Shown: positions 40,758-49,985 of the stretch, in pieces
Position numbering within the stretch: the stretch's first letter is position 1
How the letters are laid out: each line of letters begins with the position of its first letter
NCBI GenBank assembly: GCA_965223265.1
Contig: OZ244999.1
Location: 6,528,001-6,592,000, forward strand
Direction: 5' to 3'
DNA: 64,000 bases
Source of the DNA: Planctomycetota bacterium
GTDB lineage: Bacteria > Planctomycetota > UBA8108 > SXIK01
Program-made: the position numbers and the translations under genes
The notes under the pieces: model-generated
The model's input: only the letters and a program-made list of their open reading frames with translations
Database searches by the model: none
What the model was told of the DNA's origin: nothing

Positions 40758-41777
40758 ATGGTACAAATCAACTTTGCTCTAAAAGAAGTCAACTGCAAGA
40801 TCGTCTACTACGGACCCGGCCTGAGTGGAAAGACGACGAACCTCGAAGTCATCCACAGCAAGGCCCCAAAGACGAACGTTGGCGAGTTGACCTCGATTGC
40901 GACCGAAGGCGACCGAACTCTGTTCTTCGATTTTCTCCCGCTAAGTCTCGGCTCGGTTGCTGGAATGACGACGAAGTTCCAGATCTACACCGTGCCGGGC
41001 CAAGTCTATTACAACTCGACGCGCAAGCTCGTTCTTCAGGGAGCTGACGGAATCGTTTTCGTCGCCGATTCCCGACGCGGAAAGATGGACGAGAATCTCG
41101 AGTCTCTCTCCAATCTAATGGAGAATCTCGAAGAGTACGGCATGAACGTCAACACGCTCCCCTTGGTCATGCAGTACAACAAGCGCGATCTCCCAGACGT
41201 CTACGCCGTCGAGGAGCTCGAAGAGAAACTGAATCACCTCAACACGCCTCACTACGAGGCGGTGGCCGTTACCGGCGAAGGAGTCTTCCCAACGCTGAAG
41301 AAGCTCTCCCAAATGGTTCTGGAGAACCTCAACAAACAGCAAGGGTCGACCGTAGTGAAGGTCCCGAAGAAACAGGTCGAAGCCAAGGAGCCTGTCGCGG
41401 TCGGCGCGCCCGCACGCGCTGCGGCGAACACCAAGCAGAGCTCGAATCGACCTCGAACCGCGGCAGCCGCGTCGGCTGGCGGTGCTGGCGGACGCGCAGG
41501 CAGCGTCGTCCGGGAGTCCGTGACGTCGTCGCCAGGAGTTAAGCAGATCGAACGCAAGACTCCCGCAGCCAACGAATCGGGTGTCCAAACTCGTCAAAAG
41601 AAGCGACCGAGCACGGTCCAGAATCGAACACGAAAAGCCGGCTCTAGCCGAAAACAAACGCCGCCAAAGAAAAAGAGTTCGGCCGGCATTTGGGTCGTCG
41701 TAGTGATCTTGACTCTGGCAGCCGCCGGTGCTGGTTTGTACTTCAGCGGCGTTCTTGACTCCGTCTTGGGTAAATGA
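40758..41777 (+). CDS. mglA: MglA small GTPase with C-terminal linker and transmembrane anchor
   Basis: NCKIVYYGPGLSGKTTNL, DRTLFFDFLPL, YTVPGQV and QYNKRDLP closely match Myxococcus MglA; C-terminus KKKSSAGIWVVVVILTLAAAGAGLYF. Confidence 0.92.
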   Translation: MVQINFALKEVNCKIVYYGPGLSGKTTNLEVIHSKAPKTNVGELTSIATEGDRTLFFDFLPLSLGSVAGMTTKFQIYTVPGQVYYNSTRKLVLQGADGIVFVADSRRGKMDENLESLSNLMENLEEYGMNVNTLPLVMQYNKRDLPDVYAVEELEEKLNHLNTPHYEAVAVTGEGVFPTLKKLSQMVLENLNKQQGSTVVKVPKKQVEAKEPVAVGAPARAAANTKQSSNRPRTAAAASAGGAGGRAGSVVRESVTSSPGVKQIERKTPAANESGVQTRQKKRPSTVQNRTRKAGSSRKQTPPKKKSSAGIWVVVVILTLAAAGAGLYFSGVLDSVLGK

Positions 41778-41874
41778 GAACAACTAAAACGTTGTCGCTC
41801 CGGTCAGAGATCTTCATCTCTCACGTGACAACAGATTTCTAAGTGAGCTTCCTTAGCTCAGGAGGTGGGCCATC

Positions 41875-42381
41875 ATAACCGACAGTGACAATATCAGAGA
41901 AAAACGCCTCGTCTTCTACAAAGACGACATTGACAAGATCAATGGCATCCTCAAGGAGTTCCTCAATCTTTCAGATTGCAAATGCAACATCTTGATTGAT
42001 AAGGAAGGTCACCTTGTGACCAAGGCGGGAAGCACGGACGACTTCGACATGCAGGCCGTCTCCGCTCTTGTTGCTGGAAGTTACGCCGCGACTCGCGAAA
42101 TGGCACGTCTCCTGGGAGAGGACGAATTCTCCGTGCTTTTTCACCAAGGGCGCAAAGACAACATCCAGTTGACACTTGTCGGCGACCGCACGATCTTAGC
42201 GACCGTATTCGACGAACGCACGACGATCGGCATGGTGCGGCTCTACGCCAAAGAAGCGGCGGAAAAGTTGCAGCAGATCTTTGGAGAAATCTCGAAGCGA
42301 GGCGACGACGGCACGAAAGCTCTGGGCAAAGAGTTTTCCGAATCCGCCAAGAATCAGCTCGACACTTTCTTCGCCGATTAA
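41875..42381 (+). CDS. mglB: MglB roadblock protein (GTPase-activating partner), non-canonical start
   Basis: LVFYKDDIDKIN...LIDKEGHLV...SALVAGSYAATREMARLLGEDEFSVLFHQG resembles MglB. The frame is open from 41857; AGGAGGT precedes ATC (41872) and ATA (41875). Confidence 0.85.
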   Translation: MTDSDNIREKRLVFYKDDIDKINGILKEFLNLSDCKCNILIDKEGHLVTKAGSTDDFDMQAVSALVAGSYAATREMARLLGEDEFSVLFHQGRKDNIQLTLVGDRTILATVFDERTTIGMVRLYAKEAAEKLQQIFGEISKRGDDGTKALGKEFSESAKNQLDTFFAD

Positions 42382-42441
42382 GGCCGCAGGGCAGAACCGC
42401 AAATCGTTCCTACATCTGCCCTGCGCTGGCCGCACCCGTTC

Positions 42442-42747
42442 TCAACGGAGTTGAGGCGTGTCCACGTCATCGTTGACTGGCATCACCGGCCGCGACGAGA
42501 CGTCGGCTTCGCGATCGGCGAAATCCGCTGCGGCCTGGGCGATCTCGCCGAGGCATTTGAAGCTGAGAAAGAGCGCCACGCCACCGATAATCCAGATGAC
42601 GAGACTCAGCAAGAACAGAGACGTCGAGCGAAACTCTCCCTGCCGCCAGAGCTGAGCGGTCAAACCGATGCCCACCGCGACGAGCAGTACTTCTAGATAA
42701 GCCCCGACGATCATAAGATTCGCGAGCGATCGAAGCGGCGAACGCAT
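42442..42747 (-). CDS. Small two-TM hypothetical membrane protein
   Basis: Two hydrophobic segments; GGAG upstream of the ATG. Confidence 0.55.
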   Translation of the reverse strand: MRSPLRSLANLMIVGAYLEVLLVAVGIGLTAQLWRQGEFRSTSLFLLSLVIWIIGGVALFLSFKCLGEIAQAAADFADREADVSSRPVMPVNDDVDTPQLR

Positions 42748-42876
42748 CTCCGGGCCCTCCTCGAGCCCTCCCCATGGCGCCTGCCCACCGCGTCGATGGA
42801 ACGTCTCGCGCCGGAGACTTCTCTGAGGCCTTAGCTTGCAGCTGGACGCCGTGGCTCCGCGGGAGCCGCGCCGCCC

Positions 42877-45453
42877 TCAGACGTCGTCTTCTTCAAGATC
42901 TTCGTCGTCCTCGAGATCTTCCTCGTCCTCGAGATCTTCCTCGTCCTCGAGATCTTCCTCGTCCTCGAGATCTTCCTCGTCCTCGAGATCTTCCTCGTCC
43001 TCGAGATCTTCCTCGTCCTCGAGATCTTCCTCGTCCTCGAGATCTTCCTCGTCCTCGAGATCTTCCTCGTCCTCGAGATCTTCCTCGTCCTCGAGATCCT
43101 CCTCGTCTTCGAGGTCCTCGTCGTCCGACAGATCTTCCTCGTCCTCAAGACCCTCGTCGTCTTCCGCCAACCCGGCGACGACTGAATCTCCATCGTCGGA
43201 GCGCAGCAGCACCTCCAGTCGTGTGGCGGCTGGTGCTGAAGCGCCGCCAAAGGCGATCCACGCGAAACGCCGTAGAGCCGGATCTTCTTCCGCCATGCCA
43301 TCCTGGATAGCGCTGAGAACACGACCCGACGCTCCTCCGCTGCCACGCAGCACTCTCCCAAGCGCGTCCATCGCCGCAGCACGGATTTCCACTGAGTTGT
43401 CTTGGTTGGAGTACACGCTCGCCAGCTCCTCTGCGGCTGACTCGGCACCCATGCGCCCGAGAGCTACCAAGCTCGGAAGCCGAATGCTGTCGGGACGATC
43501 GTGGATCACCCGCGTCAACGCCGCCGCGGTGTCTTCAACGGGAATCAGCGTGTGAGACGCCGATGACAGTTCCGCCAACGTCGACGCAGCATCAACCGCG
43601 ATCGCTGTCGCCTCTGCCTGGGCTCCCCTCTCAGAGCGGGCGATGCGCTGATAGATGAGTTCCCTGAGACCTTGAGTGTCAATGTTCTCTGAAATCACGG
43701 TCACTTTCCGCTCTTCACTCTCGTGGAGCGATCGCGCTTCAGCGAGATCGGCGGACGGTACCACGACGACGACTGGGACGTTCGCCGTCCGGTAGTTGTT
43801 CCGCAGCTGCTGAACAAAATGCGTTACGGGAGCAACGCCGCGCGGCGAACTCTCAAGTCTGACGCTCAGGTCAACCAACACGGCATCAGGTGGCGTGCCC
43901 GTCACGGCCGCATAGCCCTCTTCGAACGACTTCGCGGCGCCGAGAGAATCAATGTTCAGCTCCCGTAGCATGCGGTCCATGCGATTCGCGAGGGCTTGGT
44001 CGGCCATAATCCGCTGCACCACACGCGAGCCACCCGTCTGGACGGCCTCCGCCAAAATGCTCGCGACGTCGGCGCCGGCATCGAAGTCCTCCGCTGGGTT
44101 CCACTCCGCAATCACGGTCGCCGCAGCAAATCGAACGAGCCTCGAGTCGCTCCGAAGAGCCTGCGTCACTTGATCAGGAACCGAGCCGCGGCTTGGCCCG
44201 ACGGCACGAACCGTCTGGAGCAACCTACGCGCCACGAGCGGACGCGGCCGCTTCGTGTTGAGTGCCACCCCGAGCGCCTTATAGAGAACGCGCGCGGGGG
44301 TCGCCAGCAAGCGAAGCCGCAGGAAATTGTTTACGTACGGTCGCTGCGACTCGAGAATCTGGGCGATCGCAGGTTGGGCGGAGCCTACATTCTGGTCGTA
44401 CTCAAGCAGCATCGCCGCGTCCACGCAGGCGAGGAGAACACGTGCCTCTTCGTAGTCGGGGTCGAGCTGCAGCGCTGCTTCCAAGGACTGCTTCGCCATC
44501 ACATCGCTGAGCTGGAACTGAGCCACCTCGACCGCCGCGATTTGCTCGCCATCCTGCATGAACACCTGCGGGATACCTTGCCGTTGATCGAACAAATTAC
44601 GGCTCGGACGGTAGAAGTAGTTGTAGGCGTTCAGCAGATAGTACTGCTTGGCCGAACGACCGCTACGATACTGTCGAAAGCCCGACAGACCGCCGATCGA
44701 TTCGCTGGCGACCCCGCGGACTTCAGCGCTCGCGTCGGATTCTGCCATCGCACTCAGCGCCGCCAGCGAGCTCGGATGCTTCAATTGCCCGAGAAGCGTA
44801 GCAACGTTGCGTCGCACCAATTCGTTCGGAAACGTCGTCGCGGCTTGTAAGACCTGGATCACTCCGATGTCGAGGTCGGCGAGACTGTGAAGCCACAGAA
44901 GAGCAACCGTCCGGTTGCTCGCATCGGCGTGACCAAGCCGCGCGACGAGTGCTGGAGCTAAAGAGCGGCCGTAGGCGACGGACGCTTCCGCGCGGGCGCG
45001 AAGCGCTCCACCCTGGGCCAGCACTTCCTCCACCACACTCTCGACGGCTTCACGATCCGCGCGACGCGCGCGCCCGATCTCAGCACTGCGCGACAAAAGC
45101 GTCAATGCAACGCCGCGGGCCTGTGGGTCCTCGCTCGCGGCCATCCGCAGCACTTTCTTCATGCGACCGTCGCGGAGCGAGTTGTAGAGACTTTCGCTCG
45201 ACGGATCTTGCTGCAGGATTCGCTCCAACCTCTCCGCCGCGGAGCGGAGATTGCCGGCGTCGAATTCTTCCAGCGCGCGTGCGACCTGGTCTCCCACCTG
45301 GGCGTCACATGGTCGGCTCGCGACCACAGAGGCAACAAAAACAACAGCAATCAAAGCGCTTGGGAGCGCACGCCGGGCGAAACGGCTCTCGATACCCATG
45401 ACCTCAAAACCCTTTCTTACGATGATGAGCAAGGCGACGGGTTCCGTTCGCAC
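42877..45453 (-). CDS. Exported HEAT-repeat protein with receiver-like domain and poly-acidic (DEEDLE)n tail
   Basis: Signal/TM N-terminus; HEAT-like motifs (VRRNVATLLGQL, VRFAAA, IRAAAMDALG); PPDAVLVDL REC-like segment; acidic tail. Start uncertain. Confidence 0.75.
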   Translation of the reverse strand: MRTEPVALLIIVRKGFEVMGIESRFARRALPSALIAVVFVASVVASRPCDAQVGDQVARALEEFDAGNLRSAAERLERILQQDPSSESLYNSLRDGRMKKVLRMAASEDPQARGVALTLLSRSAEIGRARRADREAVESVVEEVLAQGGALRARAEASVAYGRSLAPALVARLGHADASNRTVALLWLHSLADLDIGVIQVLQAATTFPNELVRRNVATLLGQLKHPSSLAALSAMAESDASAEVRGVASESIGGLSGFRQYRSGRSAKQYYLLNAYNYFYRPSRNLFDQRQGIPQVFMQDGEQIAAVEVAQFQLSDVMAKQSLEAALQLDPDYEEARVLLACVDAAMLLEYDQNVGSAQPAIAQILESQRPYVNNFLRLRLLATPARVLYKALGVALNTKRPRPLVARRLLQTVRAVGPSRGSVPDQVTQALRSDSRLVRFAAATVIAEWNPAEDFDAGADVASILAEAVQTGGSRVVQRIMADQALANRMDRMLRELNIDSLGAAKSFEEGYAAVTGTPPDAVLVDLSVRLESSPRGVAPVTHFVQQLRNNYRTANVPVVVVVPSADLAEARSLHESEERKVTVISENIDTQGLRELIYQRIARSERGAQAEATAIAVDAASTLAELSSASHTLIPVEDTAAALTRVIHDRPDSIRLPSLVALGRMGAESAAEELASVYSNQDNSVEIRAAAMDALGRVLRGSGGASGRVLSAIQDGMAEEDPALRRFAWIAFGGASAPAATRLEVLLRSDDGDSVVAGLAEDDEGLEDEEDLSDDEDLEDEEDLEDEEDLEDEEDLEDEEDLEDEEDLEDEEDLEDEEDLEDEEDLEDEEDLEDEEDLEDEEDLEDDEDLEEDDV
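42884..43165. repeat. 18-bp coding tandem repeat CTCGAGATCTTCCTCGTC
   Basis: About ten identical copies plus degenerate flanking copies; encodes DEEDLE on the minus strand. Confidence 0.95.
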
Positions 45454-45697
45454 CCTTGCTTCTCTCTCTTACGGACGGTCGAAACCAAGTTTCCGTCGCC
45501 GAACTCGTCGCTCGGCCGCCCCCGGCGGAAGAAGGCTCTGTGGTAGCACTCGCCGCGGTGGAAAAATCAAAACGCGGCTCTCAGATCCAGCGACCAGTCT
45601 TGGCAGTTGCCGCACATCGCTGAAGCTGAGGCTCGTGACCCTCAGACTCGAGTATAGATCGTGATTCAGTGGGACGTTACCGGAAATTGGCTGGTGA

Positions 45698-45727
45698 ATT
45701 ATACGGCTGCTGCGAAGCCAGTGTCAA
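45698..45727 (-). promoter_or_regulatory. Consensus sigma70 promoter upstream of the HEAT-repeat gene
   Basis: TTGACA-N18-TATAAT on the minus strand. Confidence 0.7.
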
Positions 45728-45901
45728 GGAACGCAGAAAGAGCGTGAACGCTGGGGCGAACAAATGTTGAAAACGTGCCTCGGGTGGGAAACCGGGTCCA
45801 GTCGCGCCCGGATCGGGGCCGGAACGCCCACTGATCCGGCCGACCTCCCACGACGCCAGCCACTCGAGCGCTGAGGAATCGATCAATGTTCGGTCCATAG
45901 G

Positions 45902-46068
45902 CTAGCAGCCTGTTGAAAAAGTGCTTCGAGTCGAAAACTGGTCGCTTCGCGTCCAGATCGACCGCGGCGAACGTAGGTAATCTCCGAGATTTTCGAGGCT
46001 CGCCGCGGTCGATCTGGGCGTGAAGAGGCCAGTTTCTCGGCCGAATGACTTTTTCAACGGGCTGCTAG
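45902..46068. mobile_element. MITE family A, complete copy
   Basis: Terminal inverted repeat CAGCCTGTTGAAAAAGT / ACTTTTTCAACGGGCTG (16/17 match); CTAG duplicated on both sides; internal hairpin CCAGATCGACCGCGGCGA/TCGCCGCGGTCGATCTGG. Confidence 0.85.
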
Positions 46069-46260
46069 GGGTCCTGTACGATCACGTGCCGCCGCCCCGC
46101 GTGAAACCGCCAGAGCCCCGCAGTGTTCGCCGGCGCAGCAGCCATGATACAATGCAGCGTCAACGGCCGTTGCCCCCGCGTCCACACACACAGCCGATTC
46201 ACGTGCGCTGCCTCGACGCTCCCAGCGCGAGCAGGCTGACGCGAAGCGGCCAGACACGAG

Positions 46261-46443
46261 CTAACAGCCGGTTGACAAAGGGGCGTCGAGCCGAAAACTG
46301 ATCTCTTTCGCGTCCGGAATCGGCCGCGGCAGACGCGGGTGATCGGGCGCGCTTGGGCGCTCTCGGACGGGCTTGAGCAGGTCTTGAGCGATCGAGGAGA
46401 GGTGAAGAGGCCGTCGTCCGGACGCATGATTTTTCAACCGCTC
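46261..46443. mobile_element. MITE family A, diverged copy
   Basis: CTAA-CAGCCGGTTGACAAAG...TCGAGCCGAAAACTG...GTGAAGAGGCC...TGATTTTTCAACCG. Confidence 0.6.
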
Positions 46444-46508
46444 GGTTTGCCACTGTCCATTTGTGCCCGGATGGCCCAGTCTCGAGCGCGAAGCACCGCC
46501 GGCCAACT

Positions 46509-47852
46509 ATGACACGTATCGCCTACTTTCAACCGTTCTCCGGCATCAGCGGCGACATGGCCCTTGGCGCGCTGGTCGACGCAGGAGTTTCGTTACCCGA
46601 GTTGTCACGGCAGCTCGAGGCGCTTCATCTGCCGGGTTGGCGCCTGGCGCACGAATCTGTTTATCGCGGCGCCTTTCGCGCCAGCCGAATTCGTGTTCTC
46701 TTGGAGAACGACGCCGCAACAGCGCAGGGGCACCCACACCAGCATCGCTCTTCACAAGTGCATGACGCCGGCGAGCACGAGCATGAGCATTCACACTCAC
46801 ACCAACATGGGCATGCGCATGCTCATGAGCACGAGCTACACCCGCCGGGCGGCGACGGCGCTCCCGGGCAAGAAGATCGCTCGCTGTCGACGATCCGGCG
46901 CCTGATCAACGCCAGCGAGATTCCTCCCGAGGTCAAGAGCCAAGCGATCGCAGTCTTTGAGCGACTTGGAAGCGCGGAGGCCAAAGTCCACGGCATCCCC
47001 GTCGAGCAGGTGCACTTTCACGAAGTCGGCGCGATCGATTCCATCATCGACATCGTCGGCGTCTGCCTCGGTCTCCACCTCCTCGGAGTGGACGCCGTGC
47101 ACTCAGCGCCGGTCACTGTCGGCACCGGATACGTCCGCGGCGATCACGGTCGAATGCCTCTCCCGGCCCCCGCAACGGCGGAGCTCCTGCTAGGGTTTCC
47201 GATCGAACAGCGCGACAGTCGCGCCGAGCTCACAACCCCAACCGGTGCGGCGCTCCTGACAACACTCGGCGCCGGGTTCGGCACCATGCCGCGCGGAAGC
47301 ATCACGAAAATCGGCTACGGCGCAGGCGACGATCGTCCGGGCGCGGTCCCCAACGTTCTGCGGCTCTTCCTCCTCGACAGCGCTGAAACTCCGCATGGCG
47401 ACCGTGTCGTCGTTTTGGCGACGAACATCGACGATCTCTCCCCGGAGTGGCTCGCGCACGTGGTGGAGGAGACGTTTGCGGCTGGTGCTCTCGACGTTTG
47501 GCTGACGCCGATTCTGATGAAGAAGGGACGCGCCGCCCACGAACTCAAAGCCATCGTCAAAGAGTCCAAGCGCGAAGAGGTGATTCATGCACTCTTTCGC
47601 CAGGGCGCCACACTGGGCGTGCGCATCACCGAAACGGACCGCGCCACACTCCAGCGACGACAAATTGAGGTCCAAACCTCCTGGGGACCGGTGCGGGTCA
47701 AGATCGGTACGTTCTGTGGCGCGGAAGTCTCAGTGGCGCCGGAATTCGACGATTTGCAAGCGGTTGCACGCAAAGCGAAACGGTCGATCCGAGAGGTTCA
47801 TCAACTCGTCATGGCGACCATTTCTGCGGACGGCACCACTTCGGGGACGTGA
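46509..47852 (+). CDS. larC: Nickel pincer cofactor biosynthesis protein LarC
   Basis: FSGISGDMALGAL, His-rich insert, AEAKVHG...HFHEVGAIDSIIDIVG, ELTTPTGAA, NIDD, MKKGR, PEFDD. Confidence 0.92.
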   Translation: MTRIAYFQPFSGISGDMALGALVDAGVSLPELSRQLEALHLPGWRLAHESVYRGAFRASRIRVLLENDAATAQGHPHQHRSSQVHDAGEHEHEHSHSHQHGHAHAHEHELHPPGGDGAPGQEDRSLSTIRRLINASEIPPEVKSQAIAVFERLGSAEAKVHGIPVEQVHFHEVGAIDSIIDIVGVCLGLHLLGVDAVHSAPVTVGTGYVRGDHGRMPLPAPATAELLLGFPIEQRDSRAELTTPTGAALLTTLGAGFGTMPRGSITKIGYGAGDDRPGAVPNVLRLFLLDSAETPHGDRVVVLATNIDDLSPEWLAHVVEETFAAGALDVWLTPILMKKGRAAHELKAIVKESKREEVIHALFRQGATLGVRITETDRATLQRRQIEVQTSWGPVRVKIGTFCGAEVSVAPEFDDLQAVARKAKRSIREVHQLVMATISADGTTSGT

Positions 47853-47950
47853 GAGGGGCGGCCTGTGCCCGCATCTTGGCTTGGCGCGATCGACTATCCT
47901 GGAGGCTCTCCGCGTGAAGACCCTCAGAGAGACGGCGCTAGCTGTCGGCT

Positions 47951-48874
47951 TCAGCTCAAGAGTTCGGCTTGGTACTTCTTCAACTGATTCTTAAGCCGAA
48001 AGATGATACGGGAGTGAAGCTGGCAGACGCGAGACTCGGAGAGATTCAGTGTCGCACCGATCTCGCGCATGGTGAGATCTTCGTAGTAGTAGAGAAGCAG
48101 GATGAGACGTTCCTTGCGACTCAACCCCTTCGTAATGAACTCCGTGATCTCCTTGCGTTTCAACTCGTACTCGGGATCGACGCCTTTCTTGTCCTCGAGG
48201 ACATCGATCTTGCGAAGCGTTTTCGATCCCTGATCTTCTTTCGTCTTGTCGGTCAAACTGACGATCGTGATCGCGCTCGCTTCGCGGATCAACTCGTGGT
48301 ACTCGTCGATCGAGATCTCGAGCGATTGGGCCATCTCCATGTCGGTCGGAACACGGCCGAGCTGGACCTCGAGAGTCTTCCACGTCGTCTCGATGCGATT
48401 TGCCTTATTGCGAACGATGCGAGGCACCCAGTCGAGCGAGCGTAACTCGTCGAGGATGGCGCCCCGAATGCGTGTCGTGCAGTAGGTCTCGAACTTGACG
48501 CCGCGGCTGAGGTCGTAGCCGTTGACGGCGTCCATCAAACCGAAAATACCGGCACTCGTAAGGTCATCGAGCTCAATATTCTGCGGCAGTTTCGCCAGCA
48601 GGCGCTCAGCGATGTATTTGACCAGCGGTAGGTATCGTTCGATGAGGATGTTGCGAAGTCGTTCGTCGCCTGTGCGTTTGAAATCGCGCCACACCTGCTC
48701 TATGTCGATGCCGGAATCTTTGACAGCGCGAGCGCCGCCTCGCTTCGTTGTCTTGGCGACGCGAGTCCGTGGCCTTGCGGGGCGCGAGGCCGCCAAGCGG
48801 CTCTTCCCCGGCTTCACAAGCGCACCGGCGGAAGTCGTTTCTCGAGTTCTCTTACGTTCTCTGGCTCCGCTCAC
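47951..48874 (-). CDS. fliA: RNA polymerase sigma factor FliA/WhiG (sigma28)
   Basis: FETYCTTRIRGAILDELRSLDWVPR, LYYYEDLTMREIG, SESRVCQLH; follows flhF-flhG. Confidence 0.92.
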   Translation of the reverse strand: MSGARERKRTRETTSAGALVKPGKSRLAASRPARPRTRVAKTTKRGGARAVKDSGIDIEQVWRDFKRTGDERLRNILIERYLPLVKYIAERLLAKLPQNIELDDLTSAGIFGLMDAVNGYDLSRGVKFETYCTTRIRGAILDELRSLDWVPRIVRNKANRIETTWKTLEVQLGRVPTDMEMAQSLEISIDEYHELIREASAITIVSLTDKTKEDQGSKTLRKIDVLEDKKGVDPEYELKRKEITEFITKGLSRKERLILLLYYYEDLTMREIGATLNLSESRVCQLHSRIIFRLKNQLKKYQAELLS

Positions 48875-49127
48875 CGCGGTTCCTCCACACTTCTTCCGAC
48901 CCGCTGCTGCGGTCCGGCACTCTTCTCAAGATCAGTCGGTCGAATGCGGCCCTCACGGTCGATTTGCACGTCGGTTGGTCAGGCCATCAATTTCGCGGCC
49001 CCCTCCTCCCTCGAATACAGTCGGGGCCAACTTCGCTTCTCTTCTCGCTGCGTTGACGCAGCAACCCAATCAAAAACGCTATTCGGCCGAGAAACTGAGT
49101 CTTCGACTCGAAGCGCCTCGTCGTAGG

Positions 49128-49976
49128 CTATTGACTCTTCATTCCATAGACGGCAGTTGCGAACTTACGAATGAACCCAGTCGCTGGTGCCTGCTCTGAG
49201 ACGATTTTCTCCGCAATCAGCCGAATCTTCCGGGCGGCCGACGACTTCGGTGAGCCGACGACGAACGGGACGCGCCGCCGAATCGCATGGCTGACGCGCT
49301 GATCCGTGGGAACAAAACCCAGACCATCGACTTCGAGCGATAGGAATTTCTGCGCCACCATCCGGATGCGCTCGAACACTCGCCCCGCTTCCCGAGCGTC
49401 CCGACACTGGTTGACGATCAATCGAATGCGTCCACGTCCCTTCTCTCTGGCCACCGCCTTGATCACCGCGTACGCATCGGTCATCGCGGTTGGTTCCGGA
49501 ATCGTGATAACCAACACCTCGTCAGATATCGCCGCAAACTGAACCACATTCTTCGAGATTCCCGCCGCCGTGTCGAAGATGACGACATCGAAGCTGCGAC
49601 CGAGATCCTGAAAGCCCTGCACGAGGAAGTCTCGCTCCGCTTGTTCCAAGTCCGAAATGTGTCTGACACCGGTACATCCGGAAAGGAGCGTGACGCCAAA
49701 GGGTGTTGGCACCAAGGTGTCGCGAACACTCGTTTCCCCTGAAAGAACATGGCCGAGGTTGTAGCGCGGCTGTACCGATAACATCACGTCGACGTTCGCT
49801 AGGCCAATGTCGAGATCGACGAGGGCAACGCGCTTGCCAAGCTGCACCAGCGAAACCGCCAAGTTGACGGCGCAACTCGATTTCCCGACGCCACCTTTGC
49901 CGCTCGCGACGGCCAAGAACTTCGCTCGCCCCTCCTCCCCTGCGACAAGGTCCCTCAGCTTCTTTGCCTGGTCCAT
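49128..49976 (-). CDS. flhG: MinD-like ATPase FlhG/FleN
   Basis: MDQAKKLR, SGKGGVGKS, DLDIGLANVD, PEPTAMTDAYA. Confidence 0.92.
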   Translation of the reverse strand: MDQAKKLRDLVAGEEGRAKFLAVASGKGGVGKSSCAVNLAVSLVQLGKRVALVDLDIGLANVDVMLSVQPRYNLGHVLSGETSVRDTLVPTPFGVTLLSGCTGVRHISDLEQAERDFLVQGFQDLGRSFDVVIFDTAAGISKNVVQFAAISDEVLVITIPEPTAMTDAYAVIKAVAREKGRGRIRLIVNQCRDAREAGRVFERIRMVAQKFLSLEVDGLGFVPTDQRVSHAIRRRVPFVVGSPKSSAARKIRLIAEKIVSEQAPATGFIRKFATAVYGMKSQ

Positions 49977-49985
49977 GTGGCACCT

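Noticed and set aside
42774-43555. Ser-rich (SSSSSR)n and (RPRDLP)n ORFs
   Set aside because: Alternative frames of the 18-bp repeat; the minus-strand DEEDLE frame is continuous with the HEAT protein.
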